This document shows positions 26,064-39,960 of a stretch of DNA of 64,000 bases, piece after piece. Under the pieces are notes generated by a model. It was not told the origin of the DNA. It ran no database searches and worked only from the letters and a program-made list of their open reading frames with translations. Every line of letters starts with the position of its first letter. Position 1 is the stretch's first letter. Source of the DNA: Eledone cirrhosa (taxonomy: Eukaryota); contig OZ024745.1 of assembly GCA_964016885.1 (NCBI GenBank), forward strand, positions 22,506,001 through 22,570,000, given 5' to 3'. Both the position numbers and the translations under genes were made by a program.

Positions 26064-27020
26064 AATGTTCGATATACAGTAAAAATACTTTAAAGTGAAA
26101 CTTTGGTATCTCAGATATACTCTATACATTCTGCATTGAGTGCACATGTTGATACCCCAGTAATTAAAACAATTATTGAATAACGGTACAATATATACAC
26201 ACATATATATATAGAGAGAGAGATATATATAGATACACACACAAAAATATATATATATATATATATATATATAATAAAAATAATGAATCTGTACTCATAT
26301 ATGCGGTGTAATGTGCGAGAGGAGAATCTCTCTTTCTCTATTCATCTATGTTTCTCTCTCTCTCTCTCTTTCTCTCCCTCATTCTCCCTCCACTCTCTTT
26401 CTCGTACTCTCCCTCCACTCTCTACCCCCTCTCTTCCCCTCTCTGTGTCGCTCCTATATGTTTCCCCTCCTTACTAGGTCACTAGTAGACAATATGTCTG
26501 ACCTTGCCCAACATTTAAACAATCTACAACAGACATTGTTTTTTACTTCCTTCTTTCCTTTCCTTCTTTCTTTCTTTCCTATTTTCTTTTTTCTTTCGCT
26601 TTTTTTCTAGTCTTTTTATTTTTCCTTCATTATTTTCCTTTTCTTACTGTTACTGCTAACTATGCATATACACACCTATACACATATACACATATACACA
26701 TATACACATATACACATATATACACATATACACATATACACATATACACATATACACACATATAAACATATACACAAATATACACATACTAATATCACAC
26801 AAATTTTTATTTGTGCAAACTCACAGACTCGCATGCACATAAATATAGTCACATTCGCACATACTCACACACTCACACATACACATAGATGCACATAAAC
26901 ATGCACATACAAAATACAAACACACACACAAACACGCACATATACATATACGCATATACTCTGAGAGACACATATTGATATAAGCATAAATACACACACT
27001 CACACACACACACACACACA

Positions 27021-27094
<74 letters not shown>

Positions 27095-27312
27095 TATAGG
27101 ATCACATGAACATACATAAATATACTCGAATTCGCACACACACACACACACACCTACATAAATAAACTCTGTATCATACGTACATTGACACGTACACTGA
27201 CATCCTTTTACGCCAGAGGATATCACACACTCTTAACAAAGGATACACAATAATATAAACCAAACAACGTATTTAAACAATTGTTAAAGACCGTCTAGTG
27301 TTTGTAGTCTCA

Positions 27313-29833
27313 TCGGGAAGGAGTTTATCCCGTTTTAGTACACAACAGCTCCATGAACGGGAAGCAAATATATCGGGGAGTTTATCCCGTTTTAGTACAC
27401 AACAATTCCATGAACGGGAAGCAAATATATCGAGGAGTTTATCCCGTTTTAGTACACAACAACTCCATGAACGGGAAGCAAATATATCGAGGAGTTTATC
27501 CCGTTTTAGTACACAACAATTCCATGAACGGGAAGCAAATATATCGAGGAGTTTATCCCGTTTTAGTACACAACAACTCCATGAACTGGAAGCAAATATA
27601 TCGGGAAGGAGTGTATCCCGTTTTAGTACACAACAGCTCCATGAACGGGAAGCAAATATATCGGGAAGGAGTTTATCCCGTTTTAGTACACAACAGTTCC
27701 ATGAACGGGAAGCAAATATTTCGGGAAGGAGTTTATCCCGTTTTAGTACACAACAACTCCATGAACTGGAAGCAAATATATCGGGAAGGAGTTTATCCCG
27801 TTTTAGTACACAACAGCTCCATGAACGGGAAGCAAATATATCGGGAAGGAGTTTATCCCGTTTTAGTACACAACAGCTCCATGAACGGGAAGCAAGTATA
27901 TCGGGGAAGGAGTTTATCCCGTTTTAGTACACAACAGCTCCATGAACGGGAAGCAAGTATATCGGGAAGGAGTTTATCCCGTATTAGTACACAACAGCTC
28001 CATGAACGGGAAGCAAATATATCGGGAAGGAGTTTATCCCGTTTTAGTACACAACAGCTCCATAAACGGGAAGCAAGTATATCGGGGAAGGAGTTTATCC
28101 CGTTTTAGTACACAACAGCTCCATGAACGTGAAGCAAATATATCGGGAAGGAGTTTATCCCGTATTAGTACACAACAGCTCCATGAACGGGAAGCAAATA
28201 TATCGGGAAGGAGTTTATCCCGTTTTAGTACACAACAGCTCCATGAACGGGAAGCAAGTATATCGGGGAAGGAGTTTATCCCGTTTTAGTACACAACAGC
28301 TCCATGAACGGGAAGCAAATATACCGGGAAGGAGTTTATCCCGTTTTAGTACACAACAGCTCCATGAACGGGAAGCAAATATATCGGGAAGGAGTTTATC
28401 CCGTTTTAGTACACAACAGCTCCATGAACGGGAAGCAAATATATCGGGAAGGAGTTTATCCCGTTTTAGTACACAACAGCTCCATGAACGGGAAGCAAAT
28501 ATATCGGGGAAGGAGTTTATCCCGTTTTAGTACACAACAGCTCCATGAACGGGAAGCAAGTATATCGGGAAGGAGTTTATCCCGTTTTAGTACACAACAA
28601 TTCCATGAACGGGAAGCAAGTATATCGGGGAAGGAGTTTATCCCGTTTTAGTACACAACAGCTCCATGAACGGGAAGCAAATATATCGGGAAGGAGTTTA
28701 TCCCGTTTTAGTACACAACAGCTCCATGAACGGGAAGCAAATATACCGGGAAGGAGTTTATCCCGTTTTAGTACACAACAGCTCCATGAACGGGAAGCAA
28801 ATATACCGGGGAAGGAGTTTATCCCGTTTTAGTACACAACAGCTCCATGAACGGGAAGCAAATATACCGGGAAGGAGTTTATCCCGTTTTAGTACACAAC
28901 AGCTCCATGAACGGGAAGCAAATATACCGGGAAGGAGTTTATCCCGTTTTAGTACACAACAGCTCCATGAACGGGAAGCAAATATATCGGGGAAGGAGTT
29001 TATCCCGTTTTAGTACACAACAATTCCATGAACGGGAAGCAAATATACCGGGAAGGAGTTTATCCCGTTTTAGTACACAACAGCTCCATGAACGGGAAGC
29101 AAATATATCGGGGAAGGAGTTTATCCCGTTTTAGTACACAACAGCTCCATGAACGGGAAGCAAATATATCGGGAAGGAGTTTATCCCGTTTTAGTACACA
29201 ACAATTCCATGAACGGGAAGCAAGTATATCGGGGAAGGAGTTTATCCCGTTTTAGTACACAACAGCTCCATGAACGGGAAGCAAATATACCGGGAAGGAG
29301 TTTATCCCGTTTTAGTACACAACAGCTCCATGAACGGGAAGCAAATATATCGGGAAGGAGTTTATCCCGTTTTAGTACACAACAGCTCCATGAACGGGAA
29401 GCAAATATACCGGGAAGGAGTTTATCCCGTTTTAGTACACAACAATTCCATGAACGGGAAGCAAGTATATCGGGGAAGGAGTTTATCCCGTTTTAGTACA
29501 CAACAGCTCCATGAACGGGAAGCAAATATATCGGGAAGGAGTTTATCCCGTTTTAGTACACAACAGCTCCATGAACGGGAAGCAAATATATCGGGAAGGA
29601 GTTTATCCCGTTTTAGTACACAACAGCTCCATGAACGGCAAGCAAATATATCGGGAAGGAGTTTATCCCGTTTTAGTACACAACAGCTCCATGAACGGGA
29701 AGCAAATATATCGGGAAGGAGTTTATCCCGTTTTAGTACACAACAGCTCCATGAACGGGAAGCAAATATATCGGGAAGGAGTTTATCCCGTTTTAGTACA
29801 CAACAGCTCCATGAACGGGAAGCAAATATATCG
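27313..29833. repeat. 60-bp minisatellite, about 42 highly homogeneous units (57/60/61-bp variants)
   Basis: Unit TCGGGAAGGAGTTTATCCCGTTTTAGTACACAACAGCTCCATGAACGGGAAGCAAATATA; no unique spacers. Confidence 0.97.
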
Positions 29834-30058
29834 CAAGTTACACACTCCAGCTTTCGTTTTTATTCAGTTTTCACACGTCAGAAGAGCAGATCGATTCAGG
29901 AGTCCGGACTATCTCTTCGATAAAGACCTCGAGCAAATCATCTCTGAAACAAATGTAACGTTGGATGTGCAATAAATGCATTTCAGTTTTTCACCTAAAT
30001 TGATTGAATCAACGTCTCATAAAGTATCTGGCTCACAGATACAGTATCCCAGTCTGTC

Positions 30059-30162
30059 CAGAGTGTCCCCCAAAAATGTATACACACTTTGATTACCTAT
30101 ACAGGCAATATTTATAAGAATGCAGTTGAAGTGTGTATACATTTTTTTTGGAATACCCTGTA
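30059..30162. mobile_element. Tc1/mariner-type MITE
   Basis: About 30-bp imperfect TIRs CAGAGTGTCCCCCAAAAATGTATACACACTT / AAGTGTGTATACATTTTTTTTGGAATACCCTG followed by TA. Confidence 0.65.
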
Positions 30163-30513
30163 TATTCCTGAGATATTTTGACATTCTGCTGACCAAGATC
30201 CCGGATGATCCCACAGCACGAGGCGTAGCGCAAATAAGAGCGGCAGCAACAAACTGTCTTTTCCATCAATGGCGAACCAAGGAAAGCTGGCTGTAGAAAA
30301 TGTAGAATCAGTGGCGGTCCCCCAGCATGGCCTCAACCTTTCGGCTGGAACACGTAGTAGATTTATATATATATATATATAACTATGGTCCATAAATAGG
30401 CGTCGAAACGGCTTCAGCTCTGCCGTCGGGGTCCGGAACCTTTTCCTATTATATATAAAATATTTGAAATATATATTAACCTTACCGAGCTCTCTTCGAT
30501 TTTAGTCTTCACG

Positions 30514-30629
<116 letters not shown>

Positions 30630-30763
30630 GTGTGTGTATATATATATATATAGGTGTGTGTATATTGAAGGATCTACCTAAGATAGGAAAATAAACAGTT
30701 ATAAGAATTATTTACACACACGCACAATCATCATCATCACCATCATCAACATCATCATCATTC

Positions 30764-30809
<46 letters not shown>

Positions 30810-31248
30810 TATTATCATTATTATTATTGCACCATTGACAAGAATTTCTAAAACGATTATTTTTTAAGAAAACAAAACAGAATTTAGTTAGATTTCTGCG
30901 ATAAAATATGGAAGGAAATTGCAACTACGCTAACCTATCATAATATTTCGGTTGAAAAATAATTCCATTTTGATAATCTAAGGTATGAATATAACCCCAT
31001 CCCCAGCCCCAAACTCCACATAAATATACAATTATTTAAAGGAAAGAATGAAAATATTATTACTAAGTATATCTTTGTAGAAATTATTTTAGGTTAGGTA
31101 GATTATGGAAGAAAAGTTGGAGACACATCATAAATAGTTCACGAAAAATAATTTTTTTCTTTCTTCTACAGTTGTTATTTTTTTAATTGTTTTTTTAAAG
31201 TAAAATATATTTTCAACGAGAATTTCGTTCTGCGTCCATTCAGCTTCA

Positions 31249-31344
<96 letters not shown>

Positions 31345-31615
31345 TATATAAATAAATATACACGGGTGTATTTGATTGTGTTTAGAAGATTATATTAATA
31401 AAAGGAATTCCAACTTTGTCTGATTTACTCGTTTTATTTACAATCCTTTAAAATTATAATGGTATTAGAATGAAATAGTATGGTAGAATATTAAATGTTA
31501 AGTGTTAATTGCACAATTACTTTCATGCTTTCGCAATCTTCAGGTTCATATTCTGTGGTGACAGTCAAGTTTGCAATTTTCAACTGTATATATATATATA
31601 CGTATATATATATAC

Positions 31616-31756
<141 letters not shown>

Positions 31757-32220
31757 ATGTACGTGTGTGAGTGCTTGTGTGTGTATGTGTTTGTGTGCGT
31801 GTGTTTCTGTGCGTATTTGTGTGTTTATGTGTGCATATGTATTTTTGTGTCCATGTGCTTGTGTGTGTGTGTGTGTGTGTGTGTGTGATAGAAAACTATA
31901 AACTGATGAAAAGCAAGCTCCAAAAGTAAAGAAAGGTGCTTCAGCAAGTAGACATACATTGAAGCAATTTCCTTTTCCTTTTGGGCTTTCTTATAAAATA
32001 GGTCACTGATTTTATAAATTATTTTTATTACAATTGATGATGTACGATATTTGGCGATATTTGGCTCTGTTTAATATATTTCTTTCCCATTTTCACTATA
32101 TTGTTTATTGATATAGAATAAATATCAAAATATCAAGCATTAGTTAAAATATTTGTATTGAAACATTTGTAAGGTATTAAAATATTTAAGAAATCTATTC
32201 TATCATCTGAATTTGTTATA

Positions 32221-32287
<67 letters not shown>

Positions 32288-32532
32288 TATATATATGAAC
32301 GGAAAAAATGAAACGAAATTTCATTTCTCACTCTTAGTACGGCTGTTACTTAAATATAAGTATGTATACATATATGTATGTACGTATACATACTTATAAT
32401 ATATAGATGTATATATATATATATATATAATATATATATATATAATATATATATTATATATATATATTATATATATATATTATCTATATATATATATATA
32501 TAATATATATATTATATATATATATATATATA

Positions 32533-32595
<63 letters not shown>

Positions 32596-32624
32596 TATTA
32601 TATATATTATATATATATATTATC

Positions 32625-32781
<157 letters not shown>

Positions 32782-33135
32782 GGGATAACAAATTATTGTT
32801 ATAGGTAGTCCAGTTAGATGTACTCCAGTTAGGGTACTCCGAGTAGTGGATAGATTGATGTTGTGATTATTTCAACTAATTCATTGCTAGCACTGTTGGT
32901 ATTGTTGTTATTGTTCTGATTTAATGCAACTACTATATATAGAAGCCATGCCTGTGTATTCCCTTCATTCTAGCAAGCTCTGATAAATTGACTGGTTATA
33001 ACTATGTATTGGTGATCGATTGACGCAGAAACAGGCGGGTAGCGATCTCTAGACCTATCAGTTCAGAGAAACAATTGTCCAGCAATGTGATTAAAGACCT
33101 TATTGTATAGCAAACCGTGTCACCCTTCTTTCTTG

Positions 33136-33250
<115 letters not shown>

Positions 33251-33488
33251 CGTGCGTGTGTATGCAAAAGGTAAAGAGAAATAACAAAGCAAACGTCACA
33301 GAACAGCGAATAAAAATTTTGTTTTACGCTTGAAATGGTAGAAAAAATGTCTTAACATTTCGAACGCTAGTCCTTCATCAGAAAATAGAATGAGAAATTA
33401 ATGAAGAAATAGAAAGATATAAAAGAGTGAGCAGGGACAGAAATGTAAAATAATTATTTGAGAAAAAGCACGTCTATTCAGGTCACCA

Positions 33489-33580
<92 letters not shown>

Positions 33581-33771
33581 AATAATGAATACAAAGACCA
33601 AAATCCAGAGAGGGCTTGATAAGGGTGCTATACCTATATATATTACATATAAACCCGTAAAGACAATGTTTGTTATTACTAAAGATTGACAGTTTAAGCA
33701 AACAATTTCTGTTTGCAACCTAAAACCTAAAGCGAGATATTCTGTGTGTATTTTTGTGTCCATGTGCTTGT

Positions 33772-33833
<62 letters not shown>

Positions 33834-34311
33834 ATATATTACATGCACCTTGGACTGTGCAGCTGTCAAGTCGACGTTACAATGATCTCGGTTTCAGCAC
33901 TGATGCTACAAAGACAGAGCCGGGCTCTTTTGACACACAGTTTAGCTGAAGGTAGTTGTAATCTAACGCTGTAGCAGCTCATGTACTTTAGTGTTCGTTT
34001 CTCTGTTTTTCTTTGCCCTCAGCTTTGAATTCCCTTTCGAATTCCTACTCTCATGTTGACGAATTGCTGCTCTCGTTCCTGACATGTAATTCTCAAATCA
34101 AGCTAGCGGGAAATAGGTGTCATCTTTTTAGGAACGGCTCACCACAGTGAACCGGACGAGAATTTCGGTTTCATTAAGTACAGAACTGAAGTCTTTTTGA
34201 TATAGTGTTGAAGGGTGGCTATTCTTCTAAAGTAACATGACTTACACAAAGATGTCGGGACAGCTAAGGAACCTCTAATAGATCGCTCGACTTGCTACAA
34301 TTAGCAGCTAA

Positions 34312-34376
<65 letters not shown>

Positions 34377-34440
34377 TATGTTGATTTAAAACTTCACTAT
34401 TCACAAATGTTTTTTTTTTAAGCTTCATATCATGTATCCC

Positions 34441-34510
34441 TATTTTATCTGATGAGAACGGATATTATCCCATGATGATATTTTTTTTTTGAAATGCGCA
34501 TAATAAAATA
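34441..34510 (+). ncRNA. Type-I hammerhead motif
   Basis: tattttat-CTGATGA-GAA...TTT-GAA-ATGCGCAT-A-ataaaata; 8-bp stem I and palindromic stem III. Confidence 0.7.
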
Positions 34511-34540
34511 CTTGGAACTCTTTTAACCATCTTTTGATCT

Positions 34541-34628
<88 letters not shown>

Positions 34629-34688
34629 ATAGAACTCACAACCTTAAGTTCTTGTTTGGATATGTCACTATCTGTAAACCAACTTTTG

Positions 34689-34751
34689 TATTTTATCTGA
34701 TGAGAGTGTACCAAAATGTTGGTACCCTTGAAAAATATATATAATAAAATA
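34689..34751 (+). ncRNA. Type-I hammerhead motif
   Basis: tattttat-CTGATGA-GAGtGTACCAA-AATG-TTGGTACcCTT-GAAA-AATATAT-ATA-ataaaata. Confidence 0.7.
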
Positions 34752-36508
34752 AATATGGTTTTATAAAGATACCTCCATTTATTAATATTATATCAAATCC
34801 TACACAAACGTATTCAAAAACTAACAATAAAGGATTCTTTCTGCACTGATCTAGAGTTGAACATAACGACAACATGAAGACGAGTCACGACCGACCGAAT
34901 TGGTTAAAAAAGACTCCATTCTTACTTTTAGTTTCCCTATATATTATCTGTCCATCTTTAATTTCTATCTTCCTCTTTTGTTTTCTTTTATTTTTCCTTT
35001 CGTTTTCTTTCCGTAGTTTCTCATATTCTAAATTTATATATCGTTTCTTTTGTTTCATATTTCTTTTCACATTTCCTTGTATATTACCTCTTATCTATTT
35101 TGTTTATTTTGTTTTTAAATTCTTTCTTTTTTTTCATTCATCCTTTCATCTTTCTTATCGTCTATTATTTCCAACCACTATTTTTTGCTGTTGTTGTTCC
35201 TTCTTTTGTTCTCTACTATTCTACGTTTTCCAGTTTTTCTTTTTGGTTTATATTCTTATATTCTTGTATTCTGTTTTATATTTTCTCATTCTTTCATATG
35301 CTTTTGTATTCTTTCTTTCCTATATTCTGTGTGTCTATCATTGTTTTTGCTTAATATTTTCATTTATATAACATCGGAATACATCACTCTCTATCTTTAT
35401 ATATAGATATGTGTGTGTGTGTGCGTGGCTGTGTGTGCGTGTCTGTCTCGCTGTATGTGTGTGTGTGTGTGTGTATGTCTGTCTCTCTGTATGTGTGTGT
35501 GTGTGTGTGTGTGTGTCTGTCTCTCTGTCTGTGTGTGTGTCTGTTTGTCTGTCTCTGTGTGTGTGTGTCTGTCTGTGTCTCTCTGTATGTGTGTGTGTGT
35601 GTGTGTGTGTGTCTGTCTCTCTGTATGTGTGTGTGTGTCTGTCTGTCTGTCTCTCTGTATGTGTGTGTGTGTGTGTGTGTGTGTCTGTCTGTCTGTCTGT
35701 ACGATATACAATCTGTCAGTTTATTCAGAATTGAAGTGATATAGTACCATCTAAATATATAAACAATACACTACTAATCTCATCAAGTCGCAGCAAATAT
35801 TGAAAACATCAAAATCTCTAATGACTTCTCATGGAGATCCTGAATATAGTAAGGTCGGCTGAAATGTTCATAGGCTGAACATACACCTTACCAAATCCAC
35901 AATGCATGATGGCTTAGTGACTCAAGTTTCACCATTTTAGTTTCCATTTTGGTTTCCATGAATGCCGCTATGTTATATAAAGAACTATCACAGTCAACTC
36001 TAACTTCAAGTAGGTAGATTGTTAGGATCAGTGTAGCTTATCATGGTCTCATTGGAGTAAGACTGGTAAAGAACTATTGTAAACAGCAGCAGAGACACTA
36101 GACAATAGCATCTTGAACCTGGGAACGGAACAAGTCCTCTAAATATATCGGGCAGACAGGGAAGATGGATAGATGGATAGATGGATAGATAGATAGATAG
36201 ATGGATAGATGGATAGATGGATAGATGGATAGATAGATAGATATGTTTCTTTTATTTGCCACCAGGGCATCAAAAGTGGGACAAGTACAATGGCGGGAGT
36301 TTACAAAACAAAGCGTCCTCAATAAGGGGGAGGCAATAACAATATATAAAAATAAAATAAAATATAACAAAAAATAAAATTTATAACAAAGTCCTCAATA
36401 GAGAGGAGGCGCCTTGGGGGGTCGCACACACACCCGAAAAAACGTGTGCAACCCTTTTCCTCGGGAGCACAGAGAAGGGGTGCTCCCTTGGTCTTTCATC
36501 TTCCTCAC

Positions 36509-39500
36509 CTATAGTCTGATGTAGAGTGAAGGCCCATTCACACGGGCCATTCTCGCCACTTTCACCCATCTTTCATAAAAACGGCTGGGGTGCAGCACCT
36601 CTCTCTCAATCCTGATCCTTCTTCCGAAATGATATCGGAAGAAACGGACGAGTTGTTGGCCAGAGAGAAAGGTGTCTGACCTCAATCCTTTCAGACGCGT
36701 CCACCATACAACCTCTTTCGCCATGGCTATTACGCACAGAAACACCGCCTCTTCTTCGTTTTTGAAGAGGGGAGGCGGCTTGATCGTTACAATAGACTCG
36801 GTGGTCAACCGGATCGGTCCCACCCTTGACAGCAGTTGTTCGACATAGCCCCAGAGATCGGCAATGCCCGAGCAGTGTACCAATGCGTGTGCAACGGTTT
36901 CCTCGTCGCACACGCATCTGGGACAGATCTTTTTCGAGGGGTCCCTACCCGGGCGCCCGTGTCTGTAGAGCCTTTCTCGAACGGGCAGAGCCCTTCTGTA
37001 GCATTGCCAGGCCAGGAAACTCTGGAAGTTATCCATGGGTCCCGGGCTGAATGTCCTACCGAACAGGTTGGCCAGTTCGTCTTCCTCCATGCCCAGGGCT
37101 TCGCCGTGGCACCTGCTAACAACCAGCCCTCTATAAAATGACGAGGTGGATTCTCCACTGACAGCCGGGTCCGCCTGCCAGAGAGCCGTGAGCGCCTGGG
37201 CACATTCGCTGTGCCAGGCGCCCAGTTTTCTCGGTCTTTGCTTGACCCAGGATTGCAGCTCGGTGAGTGAGACGAGTCATGGAAAGGCTCGCCCCACAAA
37301 CGGAGCCCACACATGTTGACCGGAGAGGAATACCTGAAGGTGCCGTAGCCTTAATGCGTGTTTACGTATCATTAGCCACGGCATCCCCAGCCCTCCTTTC
37401 GAAGGGTGTTGACAGCAGATGGATCTCCTCACCATAGGAGCCCGCTTCTTCCAAAGGAATTGGAAGAGTGCGCGCTCCATTTTGGCGAGCGTTTCCCTTG
37501 GGCAAGGCACAACGGTCAGGCGGTAGTAGATGACGGACGCTATATAAGTGTTCGCCACCTCCGCCCGACCTTTCAGGGACAGTTTGCACTCGGCCCACTT
37601 CTGAGTCAGTGCAAACACCCTGTTCGTTACCTCACCCCAGTTCTTCTCCACCTGGAGGTCTGGTCCGAACCAGACCCCGAGCAACTTCACCGGGCCCTCC
37701 GTACAGCGCCCGACGACGCCATCGGAGGGCATCGATCTGCCCCTCCACGTGCCGAGTTGCAGACCGATCGACTTGTCCCGGTTCAGCTTAGCCCCTGTAA
37801 ACCTTTCGTACTCCTCCAGTAAGGTGCCGATCGCCCCGATTTCCGAGGCCGTCGACACCATTACTGTTACGTCATCGGCGTAGGCTGACACCGCTTTCCG
37901 CAATCCCGGTTCCAACGGGATGCCCTGCAACAACTCCAACTTCCGCAGCATTGGCTCTAGAGTCACTACATACAGAAGGGAGGAGAGAGGGCACCCCTGT
38001 CGGATGGACCGCGCGATTTCGAACGGCTCCGAGATGTAGCCATTCACCTTGATCCTAGAGCAGATGCGGCTGTGTGCATGGCATTGATCCAGCCCCTGAA
38101 AACGGGTCCGAAGCCTGCCGCCGCTAGCACCGCATCCAGATAACCATGGTCGACCCTATCGAATGCCTTAGATTGATCCAAGTTGATCAGGGCCCCACCA
38201 AAGCCGGGTTCATTCCCAACCCTCTCTATGATGTATCGCATGAGGTGGAGGTTGTCGTAGATGGACCTGAACGGGATAGCACATGTCTGCGCATCTCCCA
38301 CCAGGTTACCCACGACAAGCGCCAACCTCTTTGCTAGAACCTTGGCCAAAATCTGTAACTCTGTATTTAGCAGAGTTATGGGCCTGAAATTATTTATATC
38401 GTCCTCCTTGTTCTCGTCCTTCCTCACTAGCGTGACTATGCCCTTGGTCACAGCACAGGGAATTCTCCCGTTCTGTTGCCAGTTGCAGTAGACCGCCTCG
38501 AGGAGATCGGGGAACAAGTCCAGCATAGCTAGATATAGTTCGTATGGAAGACCATCGAGACCCGGGGATTTGCGTTTGCCGCATTGGCTCAGCACGTCCT
38601 CTATCTCAGCGGCTGAAATCGGCTCCTCGCAGGACTTCGCCTCCCTGTCTGAGAGACGCGGCAGGCCGTCGAGGTATGGACCGAAGTCCACATCCCCAAC
38701 CGGCTCCCCACCCCTTCCGAACAATCCGGCAAAGTGCTTTTGAAAAGCCTCACACATCTGCTTAGGTTCAAGGATCACCCGTCCATCCTGGTCTCGCAAA
38801 GACCGGATAGTGGATCTGCTCCCTCTTTTGGCTTCTGTCACGCGGGCCCAGCTAACAGCTTTGGTCCCCTCGTTTCCCAGAGCACGTATTTTGCTTCGGA
38901 CGATGCAGCCTTCGTGTTTCGCGTCGAAGAACTGGCCCAGGGCCGTTCTCGACGCTAGCACTCTGGCCACGTCGCCGCTTCTAATTGCCTCTTCTACACT
39001 ATCTACCAACTCCCTTTCCTTCCTATTTCTATTTGAGGCTAACTCCTTACTAAATTCTATAGAGACTACTCTAATCTCTCTTTTGAGAGATCCCCACCAC
39101 CTGCTGTTGACGATGGCGCCCGTCAACCGCTCCTTAAATAAAGTGCTAATCCGGTCCCTGTAAGCCTTACTTGCCGGTAAGGACAAGTTGAGCTTCCAGT
39201 AACCGGGTCCCTGTCTAAGAGTTCTGTCAAGGTTGACCATGCAGGTCACTAACTTGTGGTCTGAATAGCCAACCATGCGCATTTTTGGACAACTTAAAAA
39301 GTCCTTATCCTTAATTCTAACTAAGAACCTATCTAGGTACGACCTAGATGATCCGCTACGATTTGCCCAAGTCCAGGTTGGCGCAGTCGGAAAATCTAGT
39401 CGATATCTATCGGCCAGGTCAAATCGACCGATTAACCCTTTGAGGCTATTACACCCCTCTCTATCGGGACAGGCCCCTACGTAGTCCCAGCGTGCATCTA

Positions 39501-39960
39501 GGATACCATTCCAGTCCCCCACTAATAGCAAGGAGCGGGGCGTCCCTAGAAAAGTCTCCAGACGATGGAAGAAGTCCGGCCGCATTGACCCGAAAGGGCC
39601 GTAGGCGGCTACCAACCTAAACGCTCTGCCTTTACCACTGCCAAGGTCCAGAACCACTAGTCGACCCTCCGGGTCCAAATGTACCATCTGTGTTGCGAGA
39701 CCCACATGTTTTTGCAGCAGAACGACAACCCCACCCCCACCTCCGGGCTGAGAGAGAGATACGTGCATCTCAAAGTCATCAAATGTGGGGGCCAGCTGTC
39801 GCACGTTGCTGATCCGCGCCTCGCAAATAACCATCACATCTATACGTTGTGACCTGAGGTCATTTAGAAGCATTGCTTGCTTCCAAGTGGAGCCCAGGCC
39901 ACGCGCATTTAAACAGCCTACTCTTAGCATGACCATGTTGGTGGTGAAGAGAAAAGGCAC
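36509..39960 (-). pseudogene. LINE ORF2p (APE endonuclease, reverse transcriptase, C-terminal CCHC) with one frameshift and one nonsense codon
   Basis: LNARGL, GDWN, SYLDRF and SDH (APE); KSPGLDG, FRPITLLN, LDQSKAFDRV, RQGCPLS and YADD (RT); CPRC..ETVAHALVHC; extra AC dinucleotide at about 38072; TGA at 37277-37279. Confidence 0.92.

Noticed and set aside
27313-29833. CRISPR-like array or repeat-protein gene
   Set aside because: Head-to-tail units without unique spacers, no cas genes, eukaryotic context; 61-bp units break the reading frame
33855-34250. Possible additional RTE 3' remnant (and a CR1-like remnant near 9350-9700)
   Set aside because: Only faint motif resemblance; cannot be supported without a profile search
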